The notes under the pieces are model-generated. The model saw only the letters and a program-made list of their open reading frames with translations. It did no database searches and was not told the DNA's origin. The translations under genes were made by a program, and so were the position numbers. From Candidatus Woesearchaeota archaeon (lineage in GTDB: Archaea > Nanobdellota > Nanobdellia > Woesearchaeales > BM511): a DNA stretch of 45,315 nt. The stretch lies in assembly GCA_023266675.1 (NCBI GenBank), contig JAHFPP010000003.1, positions 1-45,315 on the forward strand, in the 5' to 3' direction. Below are positions 37,250 through 45,315 of this stretch, in pieces; positions within the stretch are counted from its first letter, which is position 1; each line of letters begins with the position of its first letter.

Positions 37250-38170
37250 TTAGTTTGATACACTCGATAAGAATCTTGATAAAATCCCATCGGGTTTTTT
37301 CTTTGGCGACTCATAATTATTTTTTCCATGTCCTGTATCATTTCTTAGACTTATAAGATAATCAACAATCCTATCTGCGTAGTAATTATCTTTGGTCTCC
37401 ATTGGTGTGAAATCAGGATTTCTATTGCATTCCAGCACATAATAATCTCCTTTTCTTGTTATTACAACATCAGTTCCTAAAATTTTTGCAGGATTATTCA
37501 TAATAACTTTTTGTGCTATCTTTTCTGCAACATAACTTCCGGTAAAATTTTTGGTTCCATAGCAAAAACTATGACCTGCAACTTTTCCACCGATAGTTAA
37601 AACCCTGATTGAAGTGACTATATCCAGATATTCCTGAAATATTGCCCAAGAATGCTGATTTTCATTAAAATAATCCCTAACTTCTTGTTCATTTGCAACT
37701 ACTTTAAATCCTCGTTTTTTAGTTCCATCATTTGGCTTAATAATCATAGGGAAAGTTAGATTAGTTGTTATCTCCTCCAAAGTCTGCTCTGATAACCCTG
37801 ATGCAAAAATAGTTTTGGGAGTATATTCTGATGCTCTTAAAACTTGGGATGGAAATTTTGATACTGGATATATTAATGATGCTGATGGGTCAACGACAAC
37901 TTTTCCTCTTGATTCCATTGCAGTTGCAAGCTGATAACTTTCTAATTCCGCACCTCTTGTTCTGCGAATAATAACTATGTCTGAATCCGAGATGTCTCTG
38001 CCTTGATAATTAACCCTTAAATCTCCTGATGCAAAATGATAAGTAATCATTGATGGGTCAAGAACAATTGTATCTAAACCTTTTCTTTCAGCAGATTTCA
38101 ATATCAATGAATCTCCTTTACTTGGTCTTTTATTATCCGTAAGTTTTGTCGAACTTAATACTAACTTCAT
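37250..38170 (-). CDS. RimK-type ATP-grasp peptide ligase
   Basis: DIVIIRR, PKT, FPMIIKPNDGTKKRG, FQEYLD, IRVLTIGG, GTDVV, YVLECNRNP. Confidence 0.85.
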   Translation of the reverse strand: MKLVLSSTKLTDNKRPSKGDSLILKSAERKGLDTIVLDPSMITYHFASGDLRVNYQGRDISDSDIVIIRRTRGAELESYQLATAMESRGKVVVDPSASLIYPVSKFPSQVLRASEYTPKTIFASGLSEQTLEEITTNLTFPMIIKPNDGTKKRGFKVVANEQEVRDYFNENQHSWAIFQEYLDIVTSIRVLTIGGKVAGHSFCYGTKNFTGSYVAEKIAQKVIMNNPAKILGTDVVITRKGDYYVLECNRNPDFTPMETKDNYYADRIVDYLISLRNDTGHGKNNYESPKKKPDGILSRFLSSVSN

Positions 38171-38173
38171 TTT

Positions 38174-41100
38174 TTAGCCACCTATTACTTGCTTTGCAAT
38201 TTTTGTAATATAACTCTCTTGTTGTTGAATAACCGGATTTATTGTTGTAGGTAACTGTGGTTTTAGGACATACACTTCTGCATTTACTTCTATTTTGCCA
38301 AGTAATGTTTTTTTAGTTGTTAAACCATCTCCATAAAATGCATTAAAATGTGCAGGTTCAATCTGAACTGACCTAATCTCTTTAGTTGCTTTTCCCTGTG
38401 ATACCATGTTTTCTAATAATGATGACATTGATTGCGGCGTAAATGTTGTTGGGATCATTACATCTTGTTTTGTGTGATTAGCAAAGTTACCAAGATAATC
38501 TACCCATGCATTATTTAAATTCATATTTCCATTTTGATAAAATCTTGTGCAAAGAATTCCTTTATCTGTTAATGCTGTTCTGTTTCTGCCAACATATTTT
38601 CCATCCTCTGTTTTTGCGTAGATGACATTCTTGTTTAAGTCCACTGTCTGAACTACTGACGCCCAACCATTGCATCCACCATAAGTTTTGGATAAGCTCA
38701 GACATGAATCAAAGTATTGCCCCATATGCAATGATTCAATTGGGTCTTGGCTGACATAAAAGAGAGTATCTGCTTTCATTTCCTTTAATGTTCCTGTAAT
38801 GCTACGAGCAGTCTGTATGTGTCCCTTTATCTCTAATTTCAAAGGTTTTGTTTTTTTAGTAAATTTATAGGTTCCTAAGAATTTTTCTACACTATCAAGT
38901 TGCTCTCTTAAACTTCCTTCTTTAAGACTGTTAAGTTCATCTTCCTCAAGTTCAAGCTGTTTTAATCTGTTAAAAATTTGGTCAACTTCTGCATCTATTT
39001 TTTCTTTTGACCTTTGAAGTGAACCTTCATCTGTTGCAAGTTCATAAGTCTGTTTTATTCCTGTCTTGAATGCGTGAATATCTATTCCTTGTTTTTTCAA
39101 TCTCTTCTCAAGTGATTTATTTCCGTCTAATCCAGAGATGGCAGCTCTTGCCCCGTCCGCTCCTTTTTCAAGATATGCTGAAGTTATTAATTTCAATGCT
39201 GGTCGAATTTCAACGCCATAAAGAGTTCCTGAATTTTGAGAATATCCAATAACAATATTACCAACAGAATCCTCTAATGATCTTGGAACTGCTTTACCGT
39301 CAGTCACAACTGAAAAATATTCTTTTCTTGATGAAGCTATAGCATTAAATATGATATCATAACCTGCATCATTATGAATCGCTGCCAATCTTTTTTCTAA
39401 AAATTCAACTGCACCTACTGTCTTCAAGAAACTATGAGTTCTGTTCAATTCAGCAAATGCTTTTACAAACTCTCTTTTTCCTGCTTTATCGCCAAGTTTT
39501 GATACAACGCCACTTACTAATTCATCAGGTGCCTTATTCATCAAGTCTTTTATCAAATCCCTGTTTCTTTGTTTTCCGACATAATTCAAAAATGCTTTTA
39601 ATTGTGTTTCATCTAAAAACTTTTCATATCCTTTTTTAATGTCAGGCAATTTCTGGAAGTCATTTCCTGTGGCTTCAAAATCTCTTTCAAACTGAACAAA
39701 ACTCTTTCCAAGAAACCCATCATATAATTCCAAAGTATGCTGTGCAGATAAATCATTAAACCCAAGATTCATATTAGCGTTTTTTCTCTGCTTATCAGCA
39801 AACTCAATATACTGCCTTGCTCTTGATTCAGTTCTATTAGCCCACTCAACAAATTCGTTTATACCTGCAACTTTTGGAATAGCAAATAGATGAGTTTCTA
39901 TCAATCTTTCATTAATGTTAGAACTTTTACATAGAGAATAAAGTTTTGCTGTCTCATTAAAAGCAGATATTAAGTCAACATCTGAAACACTGCTTGGTAA
40001 ACTTGAATATACAAAAGAGACTGCTCTGCGGTGCATTGCATTATTTGTCAATTCATTAATCGCATTAAGTTGATTAGTGTCAAGGTGACTTCTTAATAGA
40101 CTTCTTTTTCTTTCTGATGGCAAATCAACATATTTATCTGTAAAAGTAGGAATACTAAATAGTTCTTTTCCAAGAGTGGAATAATCTGCTATAAGCATGT
40201 CTAAATCCAAACCAAGCGATTTTTGATATGCTACAACTGTTGGTCTTGATTTTAATGCAAACTCTCTTCCTTTGCTCCATTCAGATTGGAATAACTCGTT
40301 TACATGTCTTAACCAAGCACCACCGACTTCTACCCCTGCTTGTCTGTAAACTTCTTGTATCTCACTAAATAAAGAGGTATTTTCATTCCCTCCATGAGAT
40401 TTTAAATCAATATCATAAATATTAAATTTATCAAATCCAGAGTCTAATCCAAATGCTGAATACTCAGATTTCAAACTTAATAATGAAATATCAAATTTGG
40501 GTCTTGCCAGATTTGAAAAAATATATGTCTCTGGTTCAGAAAAGTTTTTATCATAAAATCTAATCTTTTTTGACTCATTGAGAAAATAGTTTTCAGGCTC
40601 TTTAATTCTTAAACCAGTATATCCTCCAAATTCATCGTATTTTATTTTTCTTGACAATAAAAAAGGGTCATCTTTTTCAACTCTTGGAGAAATCATTGAT
40701 AATCGTGTCATCAAAGGATTTCCGTTCATTCCACTTGTTTGGTCAGGAAATAAAGTTGTTACAGCAGTCGTATAAGCAATAATATCTGTTGCTGGAATAC
40801 TTCCAAGTGTCGTTAAAAAATCTTGTGCAGATGTTGATGCAGATGTCGCTACCCTATGTGATGCATCCAAAAGAGCATCTAATGTGGTTTTCTCGCCTTT
40901 TTGCTGTAACTCTAAAAGTTGCTGTCTAAATCTTTTAAGACCCCCATCATGTTGAACAGCATTATTCGCAAAATTCCAAGATGCATTTATTATATGTGCT
41001 TCATCAGGGTCTGCTTTCCTTTCAGGTTCATCATTAATAATTTTAGAAATATAACTTACTCTTCTTTCATTTTGCCGTGAGTTTATATATATTAAACTTT

Positions 41101-41338
41101 CAAGATTATTTATAATATTTTCATTTTTCTTTATTTTTGAAGATTCTACTTTCTTTGATGCAATCTCCGCCCTAATATTCATTTCTGCCATTTGCTGATA
41201 AATAATTAGGTGAGCAGATTCCATTTCTCTTAAAGCAAGATTAATCCTTGCTGTTAAATTACCTACCTCACTAGCAAGAGGATTATGCTTAACTTCATCC
41301 AAGAATGGTTGTGCATCAATTAACTGATTATAAACCAT
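38174..41338 (-). CDS. Large (1054-aa) uncharacterised helical protein with a C-terminal MGx4SCL domain
   Basis: Long open frame; ATG at 41338 after SD GAGGTG; C-terminal DPIESLHMGQYFDSCLS...NKNVIYAK...VGR...RFY. Confidence 0.75.
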   Translation of the reverse strand: MVYNQLIDAQPFLDEVKHNPLASEVGNLTARINLALREMESAHLIIYQQMAEMNIRAEIASKKVESSKIKKNENIINNLESLIYINSRQNERRVSYISKIINDEPERKADPDEAHIINASWNFANNAVQHDGGLKRFRQQLLELQQKGEKTTLDALLDASHRVATSASTSAQDFLTTLGSIPATDIIAYTTAVTTLFPDQTSGMNGNPLMTRLSMISPRVEKDDPFLLSRKIKYDEFGGYTGLRIKEPENYFLNESKKIRFYDKNFSEPETYIFSNLARPKFDISLLSLKSEYSAFGLDSGFDKFNIYDIDLKSHGGNENTSLFSEIQEVYRQAGVEVGGAWLRHVNELFQSEWSKGREFALKSRPTVVAYQKSLGLDLDMLIADYSTLGKELFSIPTFTDKYVDLPSERKRSLLRSHLDTNQLNAINELTNNAMHRRAVSFVYSSLPSSVSDVDLISAFNETAKLYSLCKSSNINERLIETHLFAIPKVAGINEFVEWANRTESRARQYIEFADKQRKNANMNLGFNDLSAQHTLELYDGFLGKSFVQFERDFEATGNDFQKLPDIKKGYEKFLDETQLKAFLNYVGKQRNRDLIKDLMNKAPDELVSGVVSKLGDKAGKREFVKAFAELNRTHSFLKTVGAVEFLEKRLAAIHNDAGYDIIFNAIASSRKEYFSVVTDGKAVPRSLEDSVGNIVIGYSQNSGTLYGVEIRPALKLITSAYLEKGADGARAAISGLDGNKSLEKRLKKQGIDIHAFKTGIKQTYELATDEGSLQRSKEKIDAEVDQIFNRLKQLELEEDELNSLKEGSLREQLDSVEKFLGTYKFTKKTKPLKLEIKGHIQTARSITGTLKEMKADTLFYVSQDPIESLHMGQYFDSCLSLSKTYGGCNGWASVVQTVDLNKNVIYAKTEDGKYVGRNRTALTDKGILCTRFYQNGNMNLNNAWVDYLGNFANHTKQDVMIPTTFTPQSMSSLLENMVSQGKATKEIRSVQIEPAHFNAFYGDGLTTKKTLLGKIEVNAEVYVLKPQLPTTINPVIQQQESYITKIAKQVIGG

Positions 41339-41486
41339 TGTCAACTGGCACCTCAATTACTTTAATTGTTATCTCAACTATTGTTTTCGGTTTAAGGTCA
41401 TCTCTCAACAATTTAGGTATGACTATTATTGAGTTATCCCCGTGCTTTGCAATTTTCTTTCTTAATATGTATTGTTTTGTTTCCAT
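41328..41486 (-). CDS. Small AbrB/SpoVT-like (DUF2080-like) DNA-binding protein, 52 aa (absent from the ORF track)
   Basis: METKQYILRKKIAKHGDNSIIVIPKLLRDDLKPKTIVEITIKVIEVPVDNGL; K-x-G-x-x-x-I-x-I-P-K swapped-hairpin pattern; overlaps the next gene by 11 nt. Confidence 0.75.
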   Translation of the reverse strand: METKQYILRKKIAKHGDNSIIVIPKLLRDDLKPKTIVEITIKVIEVPVDNGL

Positions 41487-41551
41487 TGTGATAAAATTGT
41501 AATTTTATTACAATAAGTAAAGTATATTGGTTTATAAACTTTTCGATATTT

Positions 41552-41571
41552 TTACTACTTAGCAGTTGTTA
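41552..41571 (-). promoter_or_regulatory. Palindromic regulator site upstream of the AbrB-like operon
   Basis: Minus strand reads TAAC A ACT GCTA AGT A GTAA; 18 nt from AGT to TTTATAAA (41531-41538). Confidence 0.65.
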
Positions 41572-41618
41572 TAATACCTTGTAAATATTTATAAACTCTA
41601 TAGGAGAAGAAAGATAAT

Positions 41619-42239
41619 ATGCAAACTTCAAAAGATGCCAAAATTCATTTATCGCTTCTAACTTTTTTTATAATAATATTTATCTGGTCAGCGATTAATC
41701 CTCATGATTATTTTACGTGGTTCCTTGAAGTCTTTCCTGCGGTTATTGTAATAATCGCATTGATTTTTACTTACAACAAATTTAGGTTTAGTAATTTAGT
41801 TTATTTGCTTGTATTCATCCATGCAGCAATCCTTCTTATTGGAGGACACTACACATACGCAGAAGTACCTTTGTTTAACTGGATAAAAGATTATTTTGAA
41901 CTTGCACGAAATCATTATGATAGGCTTGGCCACTTTGCTCAAGGAGTTATACCTGTTATCTTATTACGAGAAATATTAATCAGGAAAAATGTTGTAAAAA
42001 ATAAGAAATGGCTTTTTTTCATACTGATTGCAATTGTAATGTTTATCAGCGCCTCATACGAGCTTTTGGAGTTTGGAGTTGCAAAAACAACAGGCTCAGC
42101 AGCTGATGCATTCTTAGGAACTCAAGGCGATGTTTTTGACACGGATTGGGACATGTTCTTTGCACTTATCGGCGGATTGACAGCATTGTTAACTATAAGT
42201 AAAATTCATGATAAATCCATTGAGAAATTAAAAAGTTAG
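41619..42239 (+). CDS. DUF2238 (YjdF-like) membrane protein
   Basis: TWFLE, GGHYTYAEVP, RNHYDRLGHFAQG, YELLE, FLGTQGDVFDTDWDM. Confidence 0.88.
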   Translation: MQTSKDAKIHLSLLTFFIIIFIWSAINPHDYFTWFLEVFPAVIVIIALIFTYNKFRFSNLVYLLVFIHAAILLIGGHYTYAEVPLFNWIKDYFELARNHYDRLGHFAQGVIPVILLREILIRKNVVKNKKWLFFILIAIVMFISASYELLEFGVAKTTGSAADAFLGTQGDVFDTDWDMFFALIGGLTALLTISKIHDKSIEKLKS

Positions 42240-42339
42240 TGCAAATAAATAATTCTAAACCGAAACCTTTTTAATAAGCCTAAAAATTCAGTTTTAAAGA
42301 GAGTGTGAGATATAACTCAACATATAAAGGTGAAAGATT

Positions 42340-42747
42340 ATGACTATTGTTGGATTTTTATTTACAAAAATGCATGCAGAAAAAAATGACGGTGTAAAAG
42401 GCAACGTCAACATATCAAACAATGTATCAATAACAGATGTTAAAGAGTCAGATGCATCCCTTGGTGCTCCAGATCAAAAGGGACTTAGATTCGTATTTAA
42501 ATTCACATCAAAATACTCTCCTGAAATTGGTGAAATATCACTTGAAGGAAATGTTCTTTATATGGATAAGAAAGAAGAAGTAAAAAAGATGGTTGCGAAA
42601 TGGAAAAAAGACAAAAATATAGACAAGGAAGTTATGAAAAACATATTAAACACAATATTGACAAAATGTTACATAACCGCTCTCATACTTTCAAAAGAAA
42701 TTGCGCTTCCACCACCAATTCCTATGCCTAAAGTAGAGTCAAAATAA
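42340..42747 (+). CDS. Conserved archaeal protein, possibly SecB-like fold
   Basis: Four predicted beta strands, then helices and C-terminal LPPPIPMP; SD AGGTGA. Confidence 0.55.
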   Translation: MTIVGFLFTKMHAEKNDGVKGNVNISNNVSITDVKESDASLGAPDQKGLRFVFKFTSKYSPEIGEISLEGNVLYMDKKEEVKKMVAKWKKDKNIDKEVMKNILNTILTKCYITALILSKEIALPPPIPMPKVESK

Positions 42748-42834
42748 ATATTTTTTCTTTTAATTTTTCAACTTAGTATCTAAACAAAAGCTTTATTTAT
42801 AAGGAGTTCAATTCACGAGAAGGAAAGAGAAAAT

Positions 42835-45315
42835 ATGACGCCAAAAACATTAAAGCTAAAAGTTGTTGAAGCAATACAGGATGACCTATACAAGGGAATA
42901 ATACGATTAGACACAACTTTTATGCAACAAATAGACATACGACCAGGTGACGTTGTCGAGATTGAAGGCGAGAGAAAGACTGTTGGCATAGTTGAAAGAG
43001 CGTACCCTGGAGATATCGGACTTAACATAATAAGAATCGACGGACTCATGCGAAGAAACGCAAAAACAGGAATTGGCGACATGGTTTTGATAAGAAAAAT
43101 TTTTGTTAAAGAAGCCAAAAAAGTCGTAATTGCGCCTGCAAAAAAAGGAATAATAGTAAAAGCTAATCCAATAATATTCAAACAGGGACTTCTAGGGCGC
43201 CCAGTCCTTAAAGGCGATATGATTTCACTTGGCGGCTCAAAAAGAAGAAAGGCTGTCATGAGCAACAATCCGCTTTTTGATGACGTTTTTAACATGCTTG
43301 ATGAAAGCCTTATGAGTTTTGGACTTGGAGACTTAAAATTTGTTGTTGTTGACACTGCCCCATCAAAAGAGGCTGTAATAATCACGGATGCAACAGAGAT
43401 TGTATTCAACCCTGAAGCAATAGAGCTTGAAGAAGAGAAAGAGCTTGAAGTAACATATGAAGATGTTGGTGGGCTTGATGAAGAAATAAGAAAAGTAAGG
43501 GAGATGGTTGAACTTCCACTTAAGCGTCCTGAGATATTTGAGCGACTAGGTATTGAGCCTCCAAAAGGAGTGCTACTTTATGGACCTCCTGGAACAGGAA
43601 AAACACTCCTTGCAAAAGCAGTTGCTAACGAAACACAGTCAAGCTTCTTTTTAATAAACGGTCCAGAGATAATGAGCAAATACTACGGGCAGTCAGAAGA
43701 AAATTTGAGGAAAAAATTTGAAGAAGCTGAAAAAAACGCGCCTGCAATAATATTCATTGATGAGATAGATGCAATAGCATCAAAAAGAGAAGAATCAAAA
43801 GGAGAAGTTGAACGAAGAGTTGTCGCACAGCTTCTTGCACTGATGGATGGACTAAATTCTAGAGGAAAAGTCGTTGTCATGGCTGCTACAAACATTCCAA
43901 ACCAGTTGGATTCTGCTTTACGGCGACCTGGACGTTTTGACAGGGAAATCGAGATTGGAGTGCCGTCAAAAGAAGGAAGATTAAACATAATCAAGATTCA
44001 TACTAGAAACATGCCGCTATCAGGACAGTTATACCCTGACCTGCTTGAAAAAAATTACAACCTGCTTTATAAGAATATGACAGATAAAGAAAAAAGCGTT
44101 GACATAAACAGGCTGAATAAAAAGATTTCTGAACTTGAAAATGAAAAAGAAGAAATCATCAATTCAAAGAAGAATCTTATGAACGAGAAAAAAGAGCTTG
44201 ATACAGAACGAAAAACTATTGAGCAAAAACTAAAAGAGCTTGAGAATAAAGCGCAAAGGGAAGGAGTTATGCAATCAGTTGCAAACCTTATAACAAATAT
44301 AAGAGCAAGGATAGAACAGACAAAATCAAAAGTCAATAATACACAGAATAAGATTGAAGAAAAGGACTCAAAAATTAAAGAGACAGAATCAAATTTATCA
44401 AATATTCATAAAGAAATTGAAAGAAAAAAGATAGAAATAGACAAAATATTAAAGTTAAGAAAAGAGCTTGGAAAAGAAGAATTAAAGATAGCAAAAAATA
44501 TTTTTAACGAACTAAAAAGGCTTGATGAGCAGAAAACAACTTTCTCAGATATACGTCAGGAATTAATCAATAAAACTGTTGAGCCAAAAATAAAAGAATA
44601 CTACACGTACCTTTTCAAACTTGGAATAATTAATGAGGATTTGGTTAAGCAGACAAAAAAGGAGAGAGAAGCTGTTGACAGGGATTTAAAGGATTTTGCT
44701 GACATAACTCATGGGTTTGTCGGTGCAGACTTGGCTGCCCTTGCAAAGGAGGCTGCAATGAGTCTTTTGCGAAAAAATCTGTACAAGCTTAAGGCACTAA
44801 AGGAAGATGAGCCTATACCGCAGGAAATGCTTGATCAGTTTGAAATCACAAGAGAAGACTTTATGGATGCATTAAAGACAGTAAGACCAAGTGCACTTCG
44901 TGAAGTTTTAATTGAAGTTCCAAATATAAAATGGAGTGATATAGGAGGACTTGAAGATGTCAAGCAGGAGATAATTGAAGCTGTAGAGTGGCCGCTAAAG
45001 TATCCTCAAGCATTCAAGAAAGTAGGCATAACACCTCCAAAAGGAATTCTGATATATGGACCTCCGGGTACAGGAAAAACACTTCTTGCAAAAGCAGTTG
45101 CAAATGAATCACAGGCAAATTTCATAGTTGTAAAAGGCCCTGAACTCCTTTCAAAGTGGGTAGGGGAATCAGAAAGAGGAGTAAGAAAAATATTCGAAAA
45201 GGCAAGGCAGGCAAGCCCGACAATAATATTCTTCGATGAAATTGACGCAATTGCACCAAGCAGAAGCGCATCAAGCGACAATCATGTTACAGAGAAAGTT
45301 GTAAACCAGTTGCTT
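42835..45315 (+). CDS. cdc48: Cdc48/VAT/p97 AAA+ ATPase, 3'-truncated by the window edge (absent from the ORF track)
   Basis: [18 protein letters not shown]-domain; D1 GPPGTGKT (~43582), [18 protein letters not shown]; D2 GPPGTGKT (~45058), IFFDEID; single reading frame. Confidence 0.97.
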   Translation, partial: MTPKTLKLKVVEAIQDDLYKGIIRLDTTFMQQIDIRPGDVVEIEGERKTVGIVERAYPGDIGLNIIRIDGLMRRNAKTGIGDMVLIRKIFVKEAKKVVIAPAKKGIIVKANPIIFKQGLLGRPVLKGDMISLGGSKRRKAVMSNNPLFDDVFNMLDESLMSFGLGDLKFVVVDTAPSKEAVIITDATEIVFNPEAIELEEEKELEVTYEDVGGLDEEIRKVREMVELPLKRPEIFERLGIEPPKGVLLYGPPGTGKTLLAKAVANETQSSFFLINGPEIMSKYYGQSEENLRKKFEEAEKNAPAIIFIDEIDAIASKREESKGEVERRVVAQLLALMDGLNSRGKVVVMAATNIPNQLDSALRRPGRFDREIEIGVPSKEGRLNIIKIHTRNMPLSGQLYPDLLEKNYNLLYKNMTDKEKSVDINRLNKKISELENEKEEIINSKKNLMNEKKELDTERKTIEQKLKELENKAQREGVMQSVANLITNIRARIEQTKSKVNNTQNKIEEKDSKIKETESNLSNIHKEIERKKIEIDKILKLRKELGKEELKIAKNIFNELKRLDEQKTTFSDIRQELINKTVEPKIKEYYTYLFKLGIINEDLVKQTKKEREAVDRDLKDFADITHGFVGADLAALAKEAAMSLLRKNLYKLKALKEDEPIPQEMLDQFEITREDFMDALKTVRPSALREVLIEVPNIKWSDIGGLEDVKQEIIEAVEWPLKYPQAFKKVGITPPKGILIYGPPGTGKTLLAKAVANESQANFIVVKGPELLSKWVGESERGVRKIFEKARQASPTIIFFDEIDAIAPSRSASSDNHVTEKVVNQLL

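Noticed and set aside
44020-44673. Intein in cdc48
   Set aside because: No C-terminal His-Asn followed by Cys/Ser/Thr, no TxxH or LAGLIDADG blocks; the composition is coiled-coil.
42813-45281. Four minus-strand ORFs listed in the track
   Set aside because: Antisense shadows of cdc48, which the track omitted because it has no stop codon inside the window.
1-45315. CRISPR array, DGR/retron, IS element or provirus
   Set aside because: No regularly spaced repeats and no reverse transcriptase, transposase, integrase or viral structural genes recognised.

Overview
Low-GC archaeal chromosomal DNA, most consistent with a DPANN archaeon (probably Woesearchaeota/Nanobdellota), based on archaeal ftsZ-secE-spt5, rpl11, cdc48, NurA, Trm11, the archaeal-type D-aminoacyl-tRNA deacylase, and TATA/BRE promoters with many leaderless genes. 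The window opens with a glycogen cluster (GH57, two DUF5752-like proteins, GT3 glycogen synthase, GalT-like enzyme, sugar-1-P nucleotidyltransferase, debranching enzyme). Then come a DUF4258/Zn-finger-AbrB toxin-antitoxin pair, a frameshifted dtdA, a Fic gene and an AT-rich island. Core genes follow, interleaved with accessory genes, and the window ends in a truncated cdc48 that the ORF track missed. I saw no rRNA, tRNA, CRISPR array, transposase, integrase or reverse transcriptase. Most notable observations: (1) an AbrB-like / 1054-aa / RimK-type ATP-grasp operon; (2) a palindromic TAACNACT-N4-AGTNGTTA motif at an identical spacing from the TATA boxes of that operon and other accessory genes, suggesting a regulon; (3) a ~130-nt structured minus-strand ncRNA candidate with its own promoter at ~32.43-32.56 kb; (4) a ~215-aa coiled-coil insertion in the D1 lid of Cdc48, next to a SecB-like gene; (5) single-gene cassettes flanked by duplications of the upstream gene's 3' end. 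All product calls come from motif recognition by eye, not database searches.
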